From: a cyanobacterium endosymbiont of Rhopalodia gibba | GTDB lineage: Bacteria; Cyanobacteriota; Cyanobacteriia; Cyanobacteriales; Microcystaceae | Reading direction: 5' to 3' | Assembly (NCBI GenBank): GCA_045159875.1 | Contig: CP067995.1 | Span: 800,001-864,000, forward strand | Length of the DNA stretch: 64,000 nt | Shown here: piece by piece, positions 1-12,916 of the stretch | How the letters are laid out: the number at the start of each line of letters is the position of its first letter | Position numbering within the stretch: position 1 is the stretch's first letter | Notes under the pieces: model-generated | The model's database searches: none | The model's input: only the letters and a program-made list of their open reading frames with translations | Told to the model about the DNA's origin: nothing | Program-made: the position numbers and the translations under genes

Positions 1-1
1 A

Positions 2-1165
2 TTAGGGGAAGATCCTCGCAGCACTGCTGCTTGTTTTCGAAAAATGGGGGCTGAAATTTCTCCCCTCAACAGTGACCGCATCACTGTCAAAGGGGTAGGA
101 CTAGCAAAGTTACAAGAACCTCTAGATGTCCTTGATGCTGGCAATTCAGGAACAACTATGCGGTTAATGTTAGGGTTACTAGCTTCTCATCGAGGTCGTT
201 TTTTTTGCATTACGGGGGATAATTCCTTGCGATCACGTCCCATGTCCCGTGTAGTTAAACCCTTGCAGAAAATGGGAGCGAAAATTTGGGGGAGAGATAA
301 CAATTCCTTAGCTCCCCTTGCCATTCAAGGACACAATCTAACCCCCATCCATTACCATTCTCCCATTGCATCAGCTCAAGTTAAATCTTGTATTCTTTTA
401 GCAGGACTGATGATTGAGGGGAAAACCACAGTCACTGAACCTGCTTTATCTAGGGATCACAGCGAACGAATGCTACAGGCTTTTGGGGCAACTTTAGAGA
501 TCGATCCGTTGACCCACAGTGTAACCATTACAGGAGGAACTCCCCTAACTGGACAGAAAGTGGTAGTTCCCGGAGATATTAGTTCCGCCGCCTTTTGGTT
601 GGTTGCTGGGTCCATTGTTCCACGGTCAGAATTAGTTATTAAAAATGTGGGGGTTAACCCAACTCGAACCGGTATATTAGAAGTATTGGCAATGATGGAA
701 GCTGATATTACCCTCGAAAATCAACGAGTAGTTACAGGGGAACCTGTGGCAGATTTACGGGTGAAACAAAGTTCTCTGAAAGCTTGTGTGATTGAAGGAA
801 AGATTATTCCCCGTTTGATTGATGAAATCCCTATTTTGACGGTGGCAGCGGTTTTTGCCCAAGGGACAACTATCATTAAAGATGCGGCAGAATTGCGGAT
901 TAAAGAAAGCGATCGTTTAGCAGCCATAGCCTCTCAATTAAACTTTATGGGGGCTAAGATTACGGAGTTACCCGATGGCTTGGAAATTGTTGGGGGAACT
1001 CCCTTAATAGGGCATGAATTAGATAGTTATACAGATCATCGCATTGCTATGAGTTTAGCGATCGCCGCTCTCATGGCTAAGGGACCAACCACCATTCATC
1101 GTGCACAAGCGGTGGCAGTTTCCTACCCCCAATTTGTAACTACTCTGCAACATTTGATCAAATGA
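2..1165 (+). CDS. aroA: EPSP synthase, 5' end outside the window
   Basis: Frame open from base 2 ([15 protein letters not shown]...); motifs [28 protein letters not shown]. Confidence 0.97.
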   Translation, partial: LGEDPRSTAACFRKMGAEISPLNSDRITVKGVGLAKLQEPLDVLDAGNSGTTMRLMLGLLASHRGRFFCITGDNSLRSRPMSRVVKPLQKMGAKIWGRDNNSLAPLAIQGHNLTPIHYHSPIASAQVKSCILLAGLMIEGKTTVTEPALSRDHSERMLQAFGATLEIDPLTHSVTITGGTPLTGQKVVVPGDISSAAFWLVAGSIVPRSELVIKNVGVNPTRTGILEVLAMMEADITLENQRVVTGEPVADLRVKQSSLKACVIEGKIIPRLIDEIPILTVAAVFAQGTTIIKDAAELRIKESDRLAAIASQLNFMGAKITELPDGLEIVGGTPLIGHELDSYTDHRIAMSLAIAALMAKGPTTIHRAQAVAVSYPQFVTTLQHLIK

Positions 1166-1225
1166 GGACTGCAGAACGAGCAGTACCGGACCTATAATCA
1201 ACTCTGAGCATATCCACTTTCATAA

Positions 1226-1261
1226 AAATAGACCTAACCATAATTATGGTTAGGTCTATTT
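1226..1261. terminator. Perfect 36-bp palindrome between convergent aroA and rpmA; probable bidirectional terminator
   Basis: aaatagacctaaccataa|ttatggttaggtctattt, no spacer. Confidence 0.6.
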
Positions 1262-1291
1262 ACTGAGACCATTATTTTACCCTATAGCAGC

Positions 1292-1555
1292 TTATTCAGT
1301 CGCTACAGGGTAAATGCTTACTTTTTTTTGACTACGGGTTTTATGCTCGAAAGTGACAATTCCATCAATTAAAGCAAAGAGGGTATCATCACTACCACGA
1401 CCGACGTTATTTCCTGGATGAACTCTAGTTCCCCGTTGACGAATTAGAATATTTCCGGCTCTAACAATTTGACCCCCATACCGTTTAACCCCAAGTCTTT
1501 GCGCTTTTGAATCACGACCATTTCGTGTACTACCTGTTCCCTTCTTGTGAGCCAT
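1292..1555 (-). CDS. rpmA: 50S ribosomal protein L27
   Basis: [24 protein letters not shown]. Confidence 0.99.
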   Translation of the reverse strand: MAHKKGTGSTRNGRDSKAQRLGVKRYGGQIVRAGNILIRQRGTRVHPGNNVGRGSDDTLFALIDGIVTFEHKTRSQKKVSIYPVATE

Positions 1556-1599
1556 TTTTTCCTATCCTTTTATTATGAAGTTATTTCCATTTTAGAAGT

Positions 1600-2007
1600 C
1601 TATCCTTCCTCAGTGACGCTTATCACTCTAGGAGTAATAATTTCCGTCGTAACCCCTGGTACACCTTCTGGGTTTTCTCCGATGACTCTATCATTAATCT
1701 TAATAGCGGTAATCATCAAGCGAGACAGTTCTTGGCGATGTCCTCTTTTTTTCCGAGTCTTCTTTTTAGGACGCATTTTATAGACAATAATTTTACGTCC
1801 CCGCCGATGTTCCAGAATCTTTCCTTCAACGATCGCACCTTCAACAAAAGGCTGCCCTATCCTAATTTCTTCCTTATCGTTGACCAATAAAACTTTATCA
1901 ATAGTGTAGGAGCTGTCAGGATCAGCTCCAAGATAATTTATATCGTAAAAACGACCCGGTTTAACACGAATCTGTTGGCCGCCGATCTCAATAATAGCGT
2001 AACTCAT
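1600..2007 (-). CDS. rplU: 50S ribosomal protein L21
   Basis: MSYAIIEIGGQQ...KKKTRKKRGHRQ; upstream of rpmA. Confidence 0.98.
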   Translation of the reverse strand: MSYAIIEIGGQQIRVKPGRFYDINYLGADPDSSYTIDKVLLVNDKEEIRIGQPFVEGAIVEGKILEHRRGRKIIVYKMRPKKKTRKKRGHRQELSRLMITAIKINDRVIGENPEGVPGVTTEIITPRVISVTEEG

Positions 2008-2031
2008 ACTTAAATAAATTGTCCTTTTTTT

Positions 2032-2122
2032 AGTTGCCGTACAGGTAGCAGAGTTAGGTCTTGCCTATTTATTTTCATCTATTCTGCTTTTACATCGATG
2101 TCTTAACCTGATCCGAGCATGG
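2032..2122 (-). promoter_or_regulatory. Candidate structured leader RNA of rplU-rpmA
   Basis: Relatively GC-rich patch with nested stems on the - strand: caggt/acctg, agcaga/tctgct, tagg/ccta. Confidence 0.4.
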
Positions 2123-3032
2123 ATGATTTAGACACACTTGCTTACTATTATCTAGGATTTAACTATTTATGTCAATCTTATAAATAAAAAAAATAACTAA
2201 CAATGATTAATTAAAATACTTATAATTCACCAATACTAATATTAAGTCATTTATACTTTTTTGTCAGTGAGCCATTTTTTCTACTTTTGATAGATTTTAA
2301 TTCTTCACATAAATTCAGAAAGTTCTTTAGGTTGCTTACTATTTTTTGAGTAAATATTCGTGGCGAATAGCCAAAATTACTTGATAGGATTAAAACTGCT
2401 TAGGAAACCAGCCAATAAATTTATCGAACTTAATGTAAGTCAGTCTGTATTGATAGACAATTCTTACACATTGACGAATTAAAAAATGAGTTTTCGAAGG
2501 TTTTCTATATTCAGGAAGACTAATAATATTTTTCAGTTACTGATAAATTCCGTAATTGAGATTTAGTAATAAAAATATACCTTTCATATTTTTCGAATTT
2601 TTATCACTAAAACTTTTAAATCATATCGGGAATAACTTATAGACTGAAATAATCAGCTAATCGACATCCCTTATCCCTTAGATGGCAAAAGAAATCCCAA
2701 CCAAATTTTTATCGGTAATTTTTATAACTTTTAAAATGTTCTGCATTAAAATTTAAATTCTTTTTTCTCTTAATTCTCAATTTAAAGAATTACGATAGAC
2801 AACTGTCTTTGTGTATTCTGTCAAGAAAATCTAGCATTAGTATACGCAGTTAATAACTTTTAAATAAGTTTATGAAACTATCATTTCAATATCCTATAGT
2901 AACAGGAAAAGTCAAGTTAAAATTTATGAAATTTTTCTTTATTCTAATTAAAAATATGTTTTTTAAACAGATCAACAGTAATGCCATCATTAAGACCTAA
3001 TGAAGTAAGATTCATTTTGAAAAATACAACTA

Positions 3033-3073
3033 CGCTTACACGAAAGGGGAAGCAAATCCTTTGCGTGTGAGCG
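3033..3073 (-). terminator. Hairpin downstream of ndk
   Basis: cgcttacacg-aaagg...cctttg-cgtgtgagcg imperfect inverted repeat ending about 45 nt past the ndk stop. Confidence 0.5.
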
Positions 3074-3119
3074 AGTTTATTATAAATCAATTCAAAACAG
3101 GGGTAAACAGATTCTTCAA

Positions 3120-3569
3120 CTACTCATACAACCAAGGTGTTATAGTAAGTTCCCAACTGCCCAATTCTTTCTTATTAAACCAGAGACTAATTTCTTTTTG
3201 AGCAGTTTCAATAGCATCAGAACCGTGAATCAGATTACGTTCAATACTTATTCCATAATCCCCCCTAATGGTTCCTGGTGCAGCCGTTAGGGGGTTTGTT
3301 GCTCCAATAACAGTTCTAGCAGAAGTTACTACCCCTTTTCCTTGCCACACCATGGCTACTACTGGCGAAGAACAGATAAATTCTACTAAACTGCTAAAAA
3401 AAGGTCGTTCTTTATGAACATCATAATGTTCTTCAGCTAATTCCTTAGAGACTTGCACAAGTTTTAGTCCTACAAGGGTAAAGCCTTTAGCTTCAAAACG
3501 ACTGATGACTTCTCCAATTAAGCCACGTTGTACTCCATCGGGTTTAACCATAACAAATGTCTGTTCCAA
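3120..3569 (-). CDS. ndk: Nucleoside diphosphate kinase
   Basis: [31 protein letters not shown] start. Confidence 0.98.
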   Translation of the reverse strand: MEQTFVMVKPDGVQRGLIGEVISRFEAKGFTLVGLKLVQVSKELAEEHYDVHKERPFFSSLVEFICSSPVVAMVWQGKGVVTSARTVIGATNPLTAAPGTIRGDYGISIERNLIHGSDAIETAQKEISLWFNKKELGSWELTITPWLYE

Positions 3570-3692
3570 TGCTAACTCCTTTTTGTTTGCCTAATTTAAG
3601 AATGCCTGTAAAACACTTAACTAGTTTACCTTTGTGGGTTAACAACGATCAACAATCGATAAAATGATCTTTTTGAACAGGAATTATCCTTA

Positions 3693-4295
3693 GTGTCTTT
3701 GAACTCTATTTCCATCGCACCCAGTGGGGGAAAAATTCCCCAGTCTCTTTTAATCATATTGCATGGTTGGGGAGCTAATGCCAAAGATTTAGCTCCCTTA
3801 GCTTCAATGCTATCTTTGGGAGATTGTCAACTTATTTTACCCAATGCACCCTTCCCCCACCCTGAAGTTTCTGGAGGACGAGCTTGGTATCTTCTAGAAA
3901 CCTTAGATTATAAAGGATTATCTAAAAGTCAGAATCTTTTGCAAAATTGGTTATTTTCTTTAGAAAATCAGATGGAGTTTCTCCTATTCCGGACAGTTTT
4001 TACCGGCTTTTCTTAAGGGGGTGCAATGTCTCTTGATGTTAGTTTACAATTATCTCTTGCTGGCATTATTTGTAGTTTAAGTAGCTATTTACATTTTCAA
4101 CCTCAAGCTACCTGATTTCCTTATTTTCCTATTCTAATTATACATGGGATACAAGACATGGTAGTTCCAATTCAAGCTGCCCGTAAAGCTAAAGATGCTT
4201 TAAAAAATATTGGTGCAATAGTTGCATACCATGAATTTAATGGAGGTCATAAAATTTCTTCCGTTACTCTGAATATTCTCCAACAATTTTTGTAA
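3693..4295 (+). pseudogene. Phospholipase/carboxylesterase (alpha/beta hydrolase) pseudogene
   Basis: LHGWGAN motif; nucleophile motif reads GFS*GGAM (TAA in place of Gln); second stop near 4113; continues IHGIQDMVVP...EFNGGH to TAA 4295. Confidence 0.88.
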
Positions 4296-4762
4296 ATAAA
4301 TTGTTGAATTATTTTTTTAGCTTATTTTTTTTTAGGTTACCTAAAATTGTTTTAGTTTCTTAAAATAAAGATAAAGTTCGTAGGATAGATGAAATATCTC
4401 TAAGTATAGGAAATACAGACTGAAGACTTTTGAATTGTGCCTAAATAAATTCTATTAGCCCGCTATAATAGCCCTGCAGCGCTTTGATAAAAAAGTAAAT
4501 AAAACAATCGCAGTATGTTACGAACAACGATGTACTCGCTATTGAACTAATGACTAACAAAATAGAGATTGCAATTCTCCGACTCAAATGAGAAAAAAGA
4601 CAGGATAATGGTACACTCTGTGCTCTTGGGAGAAATCAACAAAATGCTCCCCAAAAAACTGAAATGATTGAAATTGAATCTTTCAGAGCTCAGCGAATAA
4701 CTATTTAGCTCTAGCGCTACTTAAGGGAAAAACTCGGAATTTACAATGGTGCTGTCCCAACT

Positions 4763-4802
4763 TGAATATTAATTAAGCTCTTGAGAGCTTAATTAATATT
4801 CA
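4763..4802. repeat. Perfect inverted repeat, 19-bp arms, 2-nt loop
   Basis: tgaatattaattaagctct-tg-agagcttaattaatattca. Confidence 0.9.
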
Positions 4803-4941
4803 CTGTTTTTAAGCAAATTTATGCTTAAATCATTAAAATACAAAAAAATAGGTGTAAATAATAATATTTAAGGAGAACTTAGCCCCCACAATGTTTATTA
4901 CGACAATATACGATAGTTAATCAAGCATCTTTTGGTATTCA

Positions 4942-4957
4942 GTTCGGGAACCCGTAC
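4942..4957 (+). promoter_or_regulatory. K-box heat/light induction element of cyanobacterial groESL
   Basis: GTTCGG-GAAC-CCGTAC fits consensus GTTCGG-NNAN-CCNNAC, just upstream of CIRCE. Confidence 0.75.
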
Positions 4958-4996
4958 ACAACCACCTGTTGCCACGCTCACCTCTATTTCGCTAAA

Positions 4997-5023
4997 TTAG
5001 CACTCATGAGGTGAGAGTGCTAA
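4997..5023 (+). promoter_or_regulatory. CIRCE element (HrcA operator)
   Basis: Exact TTAGCACTC-N9-GAGTGCTAA upstream of groES. Confidence 0.96.
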
Positions 5024-5084
5024 TTTAGCGAAATACATCACCTTTTGAGAGTTAACCTTAGATCAAATCCCAGAGGATTTATAC

Positions 5085-5396
5085 ATGGCAGCAATTAGTA
5101 TCAACGTTTCAACCGTTAAACCCCTTGGTGATCGCGTGTTTGTCAAAGTCAGTGCATCTGAAGAAAAGACAGCCGGAGGCATCTTACTCCCCGAAACGGC
5201 TAAAGAAAAACCCCAAATTGGTGAAATCGTCGCCGTTGGACCTGGAAAGCGTAATGATGATGGTAGCCGTTCTGAAATTGAAGTCAAAGTAGGCGACCAA
5301 GTTCTTTACTCCAAATATGCTGGAACTGACATCAAACTCGGTGGCGAAGATTATGTTTTGTTATCCGAGAAGGATATCTTAGCAGCAGTTGCCTAA
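5085..5396 (+). CDS. groES: Co-chaperonin GroES
   Basis: [26 protein letters not shown]. Confidence 0.99.
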   Translation: MAAISINVSTVKPLGDRVFVKVSASEEKTAGGILLPETAKEKPQIGEIVAVGPGKRNDDGSRSEIEVKVGDQVLYSKYAGTDIKLGGEDYVLLSEKDILAAVA

Positions 5397-5493
5397 GCTT
5401 GAAGCAAGGATAATCTATTCCCCGTTAATTCATTAGAAAAGTCAGTCAGGGTAGGCAAGATAGAAGCTACTTGTACCTATACATAAAGATTGA

Positions 5494-7167
<1,674 letters not shown>

Positions 7168-7195
7168 GTTCAGATTTATCGGATATTTTCAGTCG

Positions 7196-7218
7196 GGTGG
7201 GTGTTTCCCACCTTTTTT
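7196..7218 (+). terminator. Intrinsic terminator of groESL
   Basis: ggtggg-tgttt-cccacc followed by T6. Confidence 0.8.
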
Positions 7219-7255
7219 ATTTACACCCACCTACTTGTTGAGCTGTTATAAATTT

Positions 7256-7293
7256 AGAGACTTTTTCTAAAAGCAGAGACTTTTTCTAAAAGC
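7256..7293. repeat. Exact 19-bp tandem duplication
   Basis: agagactttttctaaaagc x2. Confidence 0.9.
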
Positions 7294-7887
7294 TTAGAAT
7301 CAGGAATAATAATAGAGATTCCATCTCAAGTTTTTATTGATGTACTTCTATCCTAGAGATTCTATCCTGTCCCAACTAACTTCTCTAATCTAATAAACAT
7401 AAGTTCAATAAAACTTAAAAACATGGTTTTCATTTTTAATATCTAGGTAAAAATTAGAAGAGATTGACGGTTATCTAAAATAGTAACCATGAACGATTGG
7501 GAGTGTAATAGTTGGCTATATTAAAAATGCTAGAAGACGAGATAAATTTCCCTGATTTTCAAGACAACTCAGTGTACGATACTGTACTGTGAGCCTGATA
7601 ATAGATTTCTATCGGAGTTGAGTCATCAAACTGATTCTTATAATTTGTACTTTACAAGTCTGTAAAAAACAATACATTAACATCATTACCCAGTCCATCA
7701 GCTGCACAAAATGCTTCTAGTGAACTAGAAGTATTTTTTAAAATGGGGAAGTACCTATGATGTGTTTGATTTTTTAGATGTATTTAATTATTTAAAAGTT
7801 CAATATTCTAACCCATAAAAAGCGATTACAAGAGCCATCACTCCACCTGTTCTCAAAAAAGAATGGGGTCTTTTCTCGAATAAATGC

Positions 7888-7936
7888 TGTCTACCAAAGA
7901 ACAGAATAACAATGTTATTCTGTTCTTTGGTAGACA
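7888..7936. repeat. Perfect inverted repeat, 24-bp arms, 1-nt loop
   Basis: tgtctaccaaagaacagaataaca-a-tgttattctgttctttggtagaca. Confidence 0.92.
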
Positions 7937-8255
7937 TGAGCTCAATTAGATAATCCTTCAATAAGATCAAGATGGGATGTCATATCCATAGCACCAGACA
8001 TCAATAAAAAAAGGCTTCTAGTATGGATCTGCTTCTTTTTTTTGTCTCCACAAATTTTTATCAAATTAACGTTAATAGAGTCTCTTACTTGAATTGGCTT
8101 TTCTAAGGTTATAATTTTCTTACTATTTCTATCAGTAGGAAAATTATAAAAGCGACATGAAATAATAAATAACATGAATATGTAAGACTGCGGAATAGTT
8201 TTCACTTTCTCTTCTGTCAAAGAAAATATTGATCGAAACAAAGTAAAAACTATCA

Positions 8256-9392
8256 TTAAGTAAACCGACAATAAGCTAACTCGGAAGCTAATTTAATGGC
8301 TGCTTTCATACTTGCAGCCCTAGCAATTCCTTTGCCTGCAATATCAAAAGCAGTTCCATGATCGGGGGAAGTCCGAATAAATGGCAACCCAATAGTAGTA
8401 TTAATAGCCTGGTCAAAAGCCATTAATTTAACGGGGATTAACCCTTGATCATGGTATAAGGACAAATAACCATCTCCTAAGTCTTTTCTGCTTAAGATTG
8501 AGCAATCAGCCGAAGTATTATTCGTTTGTATTAACTCTAATCGATTTCCATACCAAGCTTTTCCCGGTTTGACCCACATGGTGTCAGGAGGCACTAACCC
8601 TACTAATTCAACATCTTCATGTTGCTTTTGTTGAATCTCTAACCAAGAGAATAACCAGTCTTTTTCTTCGGTTCCTAACTGTCCTTGTTCGCCGCCATGA
8701 GGATTCAATCCGGAAATAACAATCTTAGGGTTTTTAATAGCAAAATCTTGTTGTAAACAGTTGATTAATAATTCTAATTTTAATGTCATTAATTCAGGGG
8801 TTAAAGTAGTGCAAACTTGGCATAAAGGAATGTGAGTAGTGGCTAATAAAGTTCGTAATGTCCACCCTGTATAAGGCGATCGTGCGATGAATAGCATCCC
8901 AAACTTCTCTACACCTGCTTTTTTAGCTAATATCTCTGTTTGTCCCGGATAATTGTGCCCTGCCGCTTTCCAACAAGACTTAGCAATAGGCGCGGTCACA
9001 ATGCCTTGGAACTCACCTTTTAGGGTACGGTCAGTAGCCGTCTCTAAATAAGCAAAACTTGCCCTACCACTGGCTTGATTTCCCTGTCCTAGTGTTATCT
9101 GGGATAAGGTTGTCTTATCGAGCAAAATATCCACCACAGACAAAGAGTCAGGATCAACTAATGACTCCCCAGTGCTTTGCAATAATTGATAAGTCTTTTC
9201 TAATATAGACCGCGTTCCAAACACTGTTAAACGACAACTTTCAGTGATTGAAGGATCGGCCAACGCTTTGAGGATAACTTCTGCCCCAATTCCTCCAGGG
9301 TCACCCATAGTTACAGCTAAATGAAGACATTGGGAATTAGGTTTATTGATAATTTTAGTCGTTAATTGAGTTGTCGAGTTAAAAGGTTGCAT
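8256..9392 (-). CDS. pdxA: 4-hydroxythreonine-4-phosphate dehydrogenase
   Basis: [42 protein letters not shown]. Confidence 0.97.
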   Translation of the reverse strand: MQPFNSTTQLTTKIINKPNSQCLHLAVTMGDPGGIGAEVILKALADPSITESCRLTVFGTRSILEKTYQLLQSTGESLVDPDSLSVVDILLDKTTLSQITLGQGNQASGRASFAYLETATDRTLKGEFQGIVTAPIAKSCWKAAGHNYPGQTEILAKKAGVEKFGMLFIARSPYTGWTLRTLLATTHIPLCQVCTTLTPELMTLKLELLINCLQQDFAIKNPKIVISGLNPHGGEQGQLGTEEKDWLFSWLEIQQKQHEDVELVGLVPPDTMWVKPGKAWYGNRLELIQTNNTSADCSILSRKDLGDGYLSLYHDQGLIPVKLMAFDQAINTTIGLPFIRTSPDHGTAFDIAGKGIARAASMKAAIKLASELAYCRFT

Positions 9393-9575
9393 CTGACAAT
9401 GTCGCCTTAATGTTCTACAATGATATCGATGGATAAGTCAATTTTAGCTTAACGTTTGTGAGCATCTTTATCTGTTAATTATGTTCGACTAAACTAAGAT
9501 TAGGACACTTGTTGCAGCTAAAATCATAATAAAAATTGATATTTATCGATTCGTTCAGGTTAAGGAGCAATTAGG

Positions 9576-9689
9576 ATGAGTGCAGAAAGTATGATGTTCA
9601 ATGGAGCAATTCTATGTATTGTTCTCGTGTTAGTTGGTTTAGCTTGGGGGTTCCTTCTCCTTAAAATTCAGGGAGGAGGAGCTGAATAA
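9576..9689 (+). CDS. petM: Cytochrome b6f subunit 7 PetM (37 aa; below the ORF-track cutoff)
   Basis: [46 protein letters not shown]; single TM helix resembling cyanobacterial PetM. Confidence 0.92.
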   Translation: MSAESMMFNGAILCIVLVLVGLAWGFLLLKIQGGGAE

Positions 9690-10186
9690 TTTTAAGTTTT
9701 TACTGGGGGATAAGAAAATAGATAATTTTGTTATCCCTCATCACTATAAGTTTTGAAAAACAGGTTTTATAGTTTGAGTTTGTAATTAATAAGTAATAAT
9801 TGCTCCTATTGGAGATTTAATAAAGTTTCTTGTAGGTATTCAAGAATGTCGATCTACGCCATGGTAAAGAGAAATTTATCCGTAGTGTTTTAATGATATT
9901 TGAAAGTCTAAAGTATCTAGAATAATTTAGTAATTTTTGGAAGTAAATTCATAGAAATTTCAATTATAAATTCTATGAATTTCATTTATAATTGAAATTT
10001 CTTCACTAAAAAATAGTTTTGGATGAAAATAAAGTAAATAAGTTACAATCAGTTAAGTGTGTATTTTGAATTGAATAAGATTATCATTGGGAATGTGAAA
10101 TGTCTTTATCCTGAAGTTAATAGTATTAGTCACAAAGATACTACAAGTTAGTTAGAAACTCAGTTATTTTATTACCTGTTATTTTT

Positions 10187-11110
10187 ATGAAAATTGCCAT
10201 TACCGGAGCTACTGGATTTGTTGGTAGTCGATTAGTTAAAAAATTAAAAAATGATGGGCATCAGTTGTTGATTTTTACTCGTAATGCTAATCGTGCTAAA
10301 CAACTTTATCCTGCTTCTCAGTTTCCTAATTTAGAGATTATTTCTTATAAACCAATAGAATCAGGGGATTGGCAAGAAACTATTTCTGGTTGTGACGGAG
10401 TAGTAAATTTGGCAGGGGAAAGCATCGCGAAACGGTGGACCTCAGAAAATAAAAAAGCTATTCTAGAAAGTCGTCAATTAGGAACCCAAAAAATTGTCGA
10501 AGCTATTGCTCAAGCAGAGACTAAATCATCGGTTCTAGTGAATGCCTCAGCTGTTGGTTATTATGGAACAAGTGAAATAGGTATTTTCGATGAAGATAGT
10601 GATCCGGGAGATGATTTTTTATCTCAAGTCTGTCAAGTATGGGAGACAGAAGCTAACAAAGTGAAACAAGCAGGTGTTCGCTTAGTTATCTTGCGCATGG
10701 GTATTGTTCTGGGTAATGGAGGAACATTAGCCAAAATGATTACTCCATTCAAATTGTTTGTAGGAGGACCCTTGGGAAAAGGCCATCAATGGTTTTCATG
10801 GATTCATCTGGATGATTTAGTTAATTTAATCATTGAGTCCCTTGAGCGCAATGATGTTGAAGGGGTATTCAATGCTACCTCTCCTCATCCTGTTCGTATG
10901 AGTAAATTGTGTGAGACTTTAGGAGAAATTATGAATCGCCCCTCTTGGCTACCTGTTCCAGATTTTGTTTTAGAATTCTTATTAGGAGACGCATCAAAAG
11001 TGGTGTTGGAAGGTCAACAAGTTTTATCCAAAAGAATTGAATCTATAGGGTTTGAGTATCAATATCCGAATTTAAAAAAAGCCCTAATAGATATCCTGCC
11101 TCGAGTTTAA
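10187..11110 (+). CDS. TIGR01777-family NAD-dependent epimerase/oxidoreductase
   Basis: ITGATGFVG, VVNLAGE, SAVGYYG, QWFSWIHLDD. Confidence 0.9.
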   Translation: MKIAITGATGFVGSRLVKKLKNDGHQLLIFTRNANRAKQLYPASQFPNLEIISYKPIESGDWQETISGCDGVVNLAGESIAKRWTSENKKAILESRQLGTQKIVEAIAQAETKSSVLVNASAVGYYGTSEIGIFDEDSDPGDDFLSQVCQVWETEANKVKQAGVRLVILRMGIVLGNGGTLAKMITPFKLFVGGPLGKGHQWFSWIHLDDLVNLIIESLERNDVEGVFNATSPHPVRMSKLCETLGEIMNRPSWLPVPDFVLEFLLGDASKVVLEGQQVLSKRIESIGFEYQYPNLKKALIDILPRV

Positions 11111-11363
11111 CTAAAGTCAATAATTCTGAAAGAATAAAAACCCTCTAAAAGTACAAAAAAAAGATAAACTTATCTTTTATATTAGAGTTCTTCTTTAAGT
11201 CTCAAGAAAAGATGGTCTTTAATATTAAAAATAAAGTGGATTAGCTGTTTTTTAGTCAAGAAAGTTGTATAGTTTGATTGTAAAATTTATTGTTCAGGTA
11301 AAATTATAAATCACTGAATAGTGGAATACCGAAAAGTCCAATTATCTAGTATTTAGTGGTGAT

Positions 11364-12158
11364 ATGAATATTGATGTGTCAAATTTATTCTCATATTTTG
11401 CTCTAGTTGTAGGTAATTCACGTCTCCATTGGGGGTATTTTAAAGCAGACAAACTGCAAACAACTTGGGATACTCCTCACTTATCTAAACCTATTACAAC
11501 CAACAAATTACCTAAATATTTATTACTTCCCCAGTTACCAGATGATTTACCCGTTTATTTTACTTCTGTAGTTTTTTCCCAAACCCAATTATGGGAAACT
11601 TATCCAAAGATAAAAATTATTACCCAAGCACATATACCTCTACAAAAACTTTATCCGACTCTAGGAATTGATCGTGCTTTAGCCGTCTTGGGTGCTGGGA
11701 AAACTTATGGGTTTCCTTGTCTGGTCATTGATGCAGGAACAGCCTTAACTTTTACAGGAGTTGATGGCGATCAGGCTTTAGTTGGAGGAGCAATTTTACC
11801 GGGATTAAGGTTACAATTTAAGTCCCTAGCTAATAATACGGCTGCGTTATCTGAAGAAATATTGCCGATGAGTTTACCTATTCCTTGGGGAACGACGACT
11901 TCTGAGGCGATTCAAAGTGGGATTGTCCACTGTATTTTAGCAGGAATTAAAACATTTATTAAAGATTGGTTTAAAAATTTTTCCGACAGTCAAGTGATTA
12001 TAACAGGGGGAGATTCGCAACAAATCATAACTTATCTAAAAGATTATAATTATGATTTGTTAGATAAGTTAAAACAAGATAGCAATCTTATTTTTTGGGG
12101 AACTAGAGAAGTCTTTTTCTCCTGTAAAATTAACAATTATGCAAAAACTAAGTTCTAA
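11364..12158 (+). CDS. coaX: Type III pantothenate kinase
   Basis: VGNSRLHWG, LGIDR, VIDAGTALT, GGAILPG, ITGGD. Confidence 0.93.
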   Translation: MNIDVSNLFSYFALVVGNSRLHWGYFKADKLQTTWDTPHLSKPITTNKLPKYLLLPQLPDDLPVYFTSVVFSQTQLWETYPKIKIITQAHIPLQKLYPTLGIDRALAVLGAGKTYGFPCLVIDAGTALTFTGVDGDQALVGGAILPGLRLQFKSLANNTAALSEEILPMSLPIPWGTTTSEAIQSGIVHCILAGIKTFIKDWFKNFSDSQVIITGGDSQQIITYLKDYNYDLLDKLKQDSNLIFWGTREVFFSCKINNYAKTKF

Positions 12159-12916
12159 TTTAACATTATTGTTTCCTAAAAAATTTCTTGTAAATCCTAT
12201 TTATTTTTAATGCATTTATCGTCTAATTTTTATAGATTTAATTTTTTGTAACAAAATAAATAAATTAAAAAGTATTATTTATATTAACTAATAAAATGAG
12301 TTAATATAAATAATTAATAGAAGCTGTGTAAAAGTTACTTCATCTTAATCAGAGATACTTTCTTGAAAGCTGTTTAAATCAGCCTCATCAAAAGATGTTA
12401 AGTATAACAATATTGAGCTATCATGCTTTCGATTTTTACAAATAAAAAAAATTTATAAATGTAAATTTTAAAAACTATTATAGCAATATAAAGATGCAGT
12501 ATATCTATGCTAAAAGCAGCAATTATTGAGGTCTATTGCTATATATATAAAATATTATATAGTCTGAATTTTACAGAACTATCTTCTGGTACAGCCCATG
12601 ATTTTTATCAATTGATGAACAGCATTGTTGTCTTGGTTTTTAATTAATAGTATTTATTCTAAACAAGTACCAACTTTGTGTAAAATTAGTAAATTTTCAA
12701 TTGAAATTACTTTTTATGGTTCATAACATTAAATTTTGAAATAATCTTAATCGTGGGTTCAAGTATTGTCGAACTCACATTTAATTAAAGACGATTTAAG
12801 GTACGATTGTAAAAGGTCTGCACAACCATGAAATCTTTGTAAAGAGAAACAACTCGATCTTTAACCGACCATGGACAATAGAAGAAGTGTTATCCTCATT
12901 AGGAGAATCTTAATAA

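Noticed and set aside
2150..3015. Possible decayed gene on the - strand starting at ATG 3015
   Set aside because: Many stops and no family I can recognise
4440..4765. Coding-like remnant upstream of the groES promoter
   Set aside because: Stops in all frames; could not identify
7942..8271. 109-aa minus-strand ORF after pdxA
   Set aside because: No motif; probably part of an unidentified decayed gene
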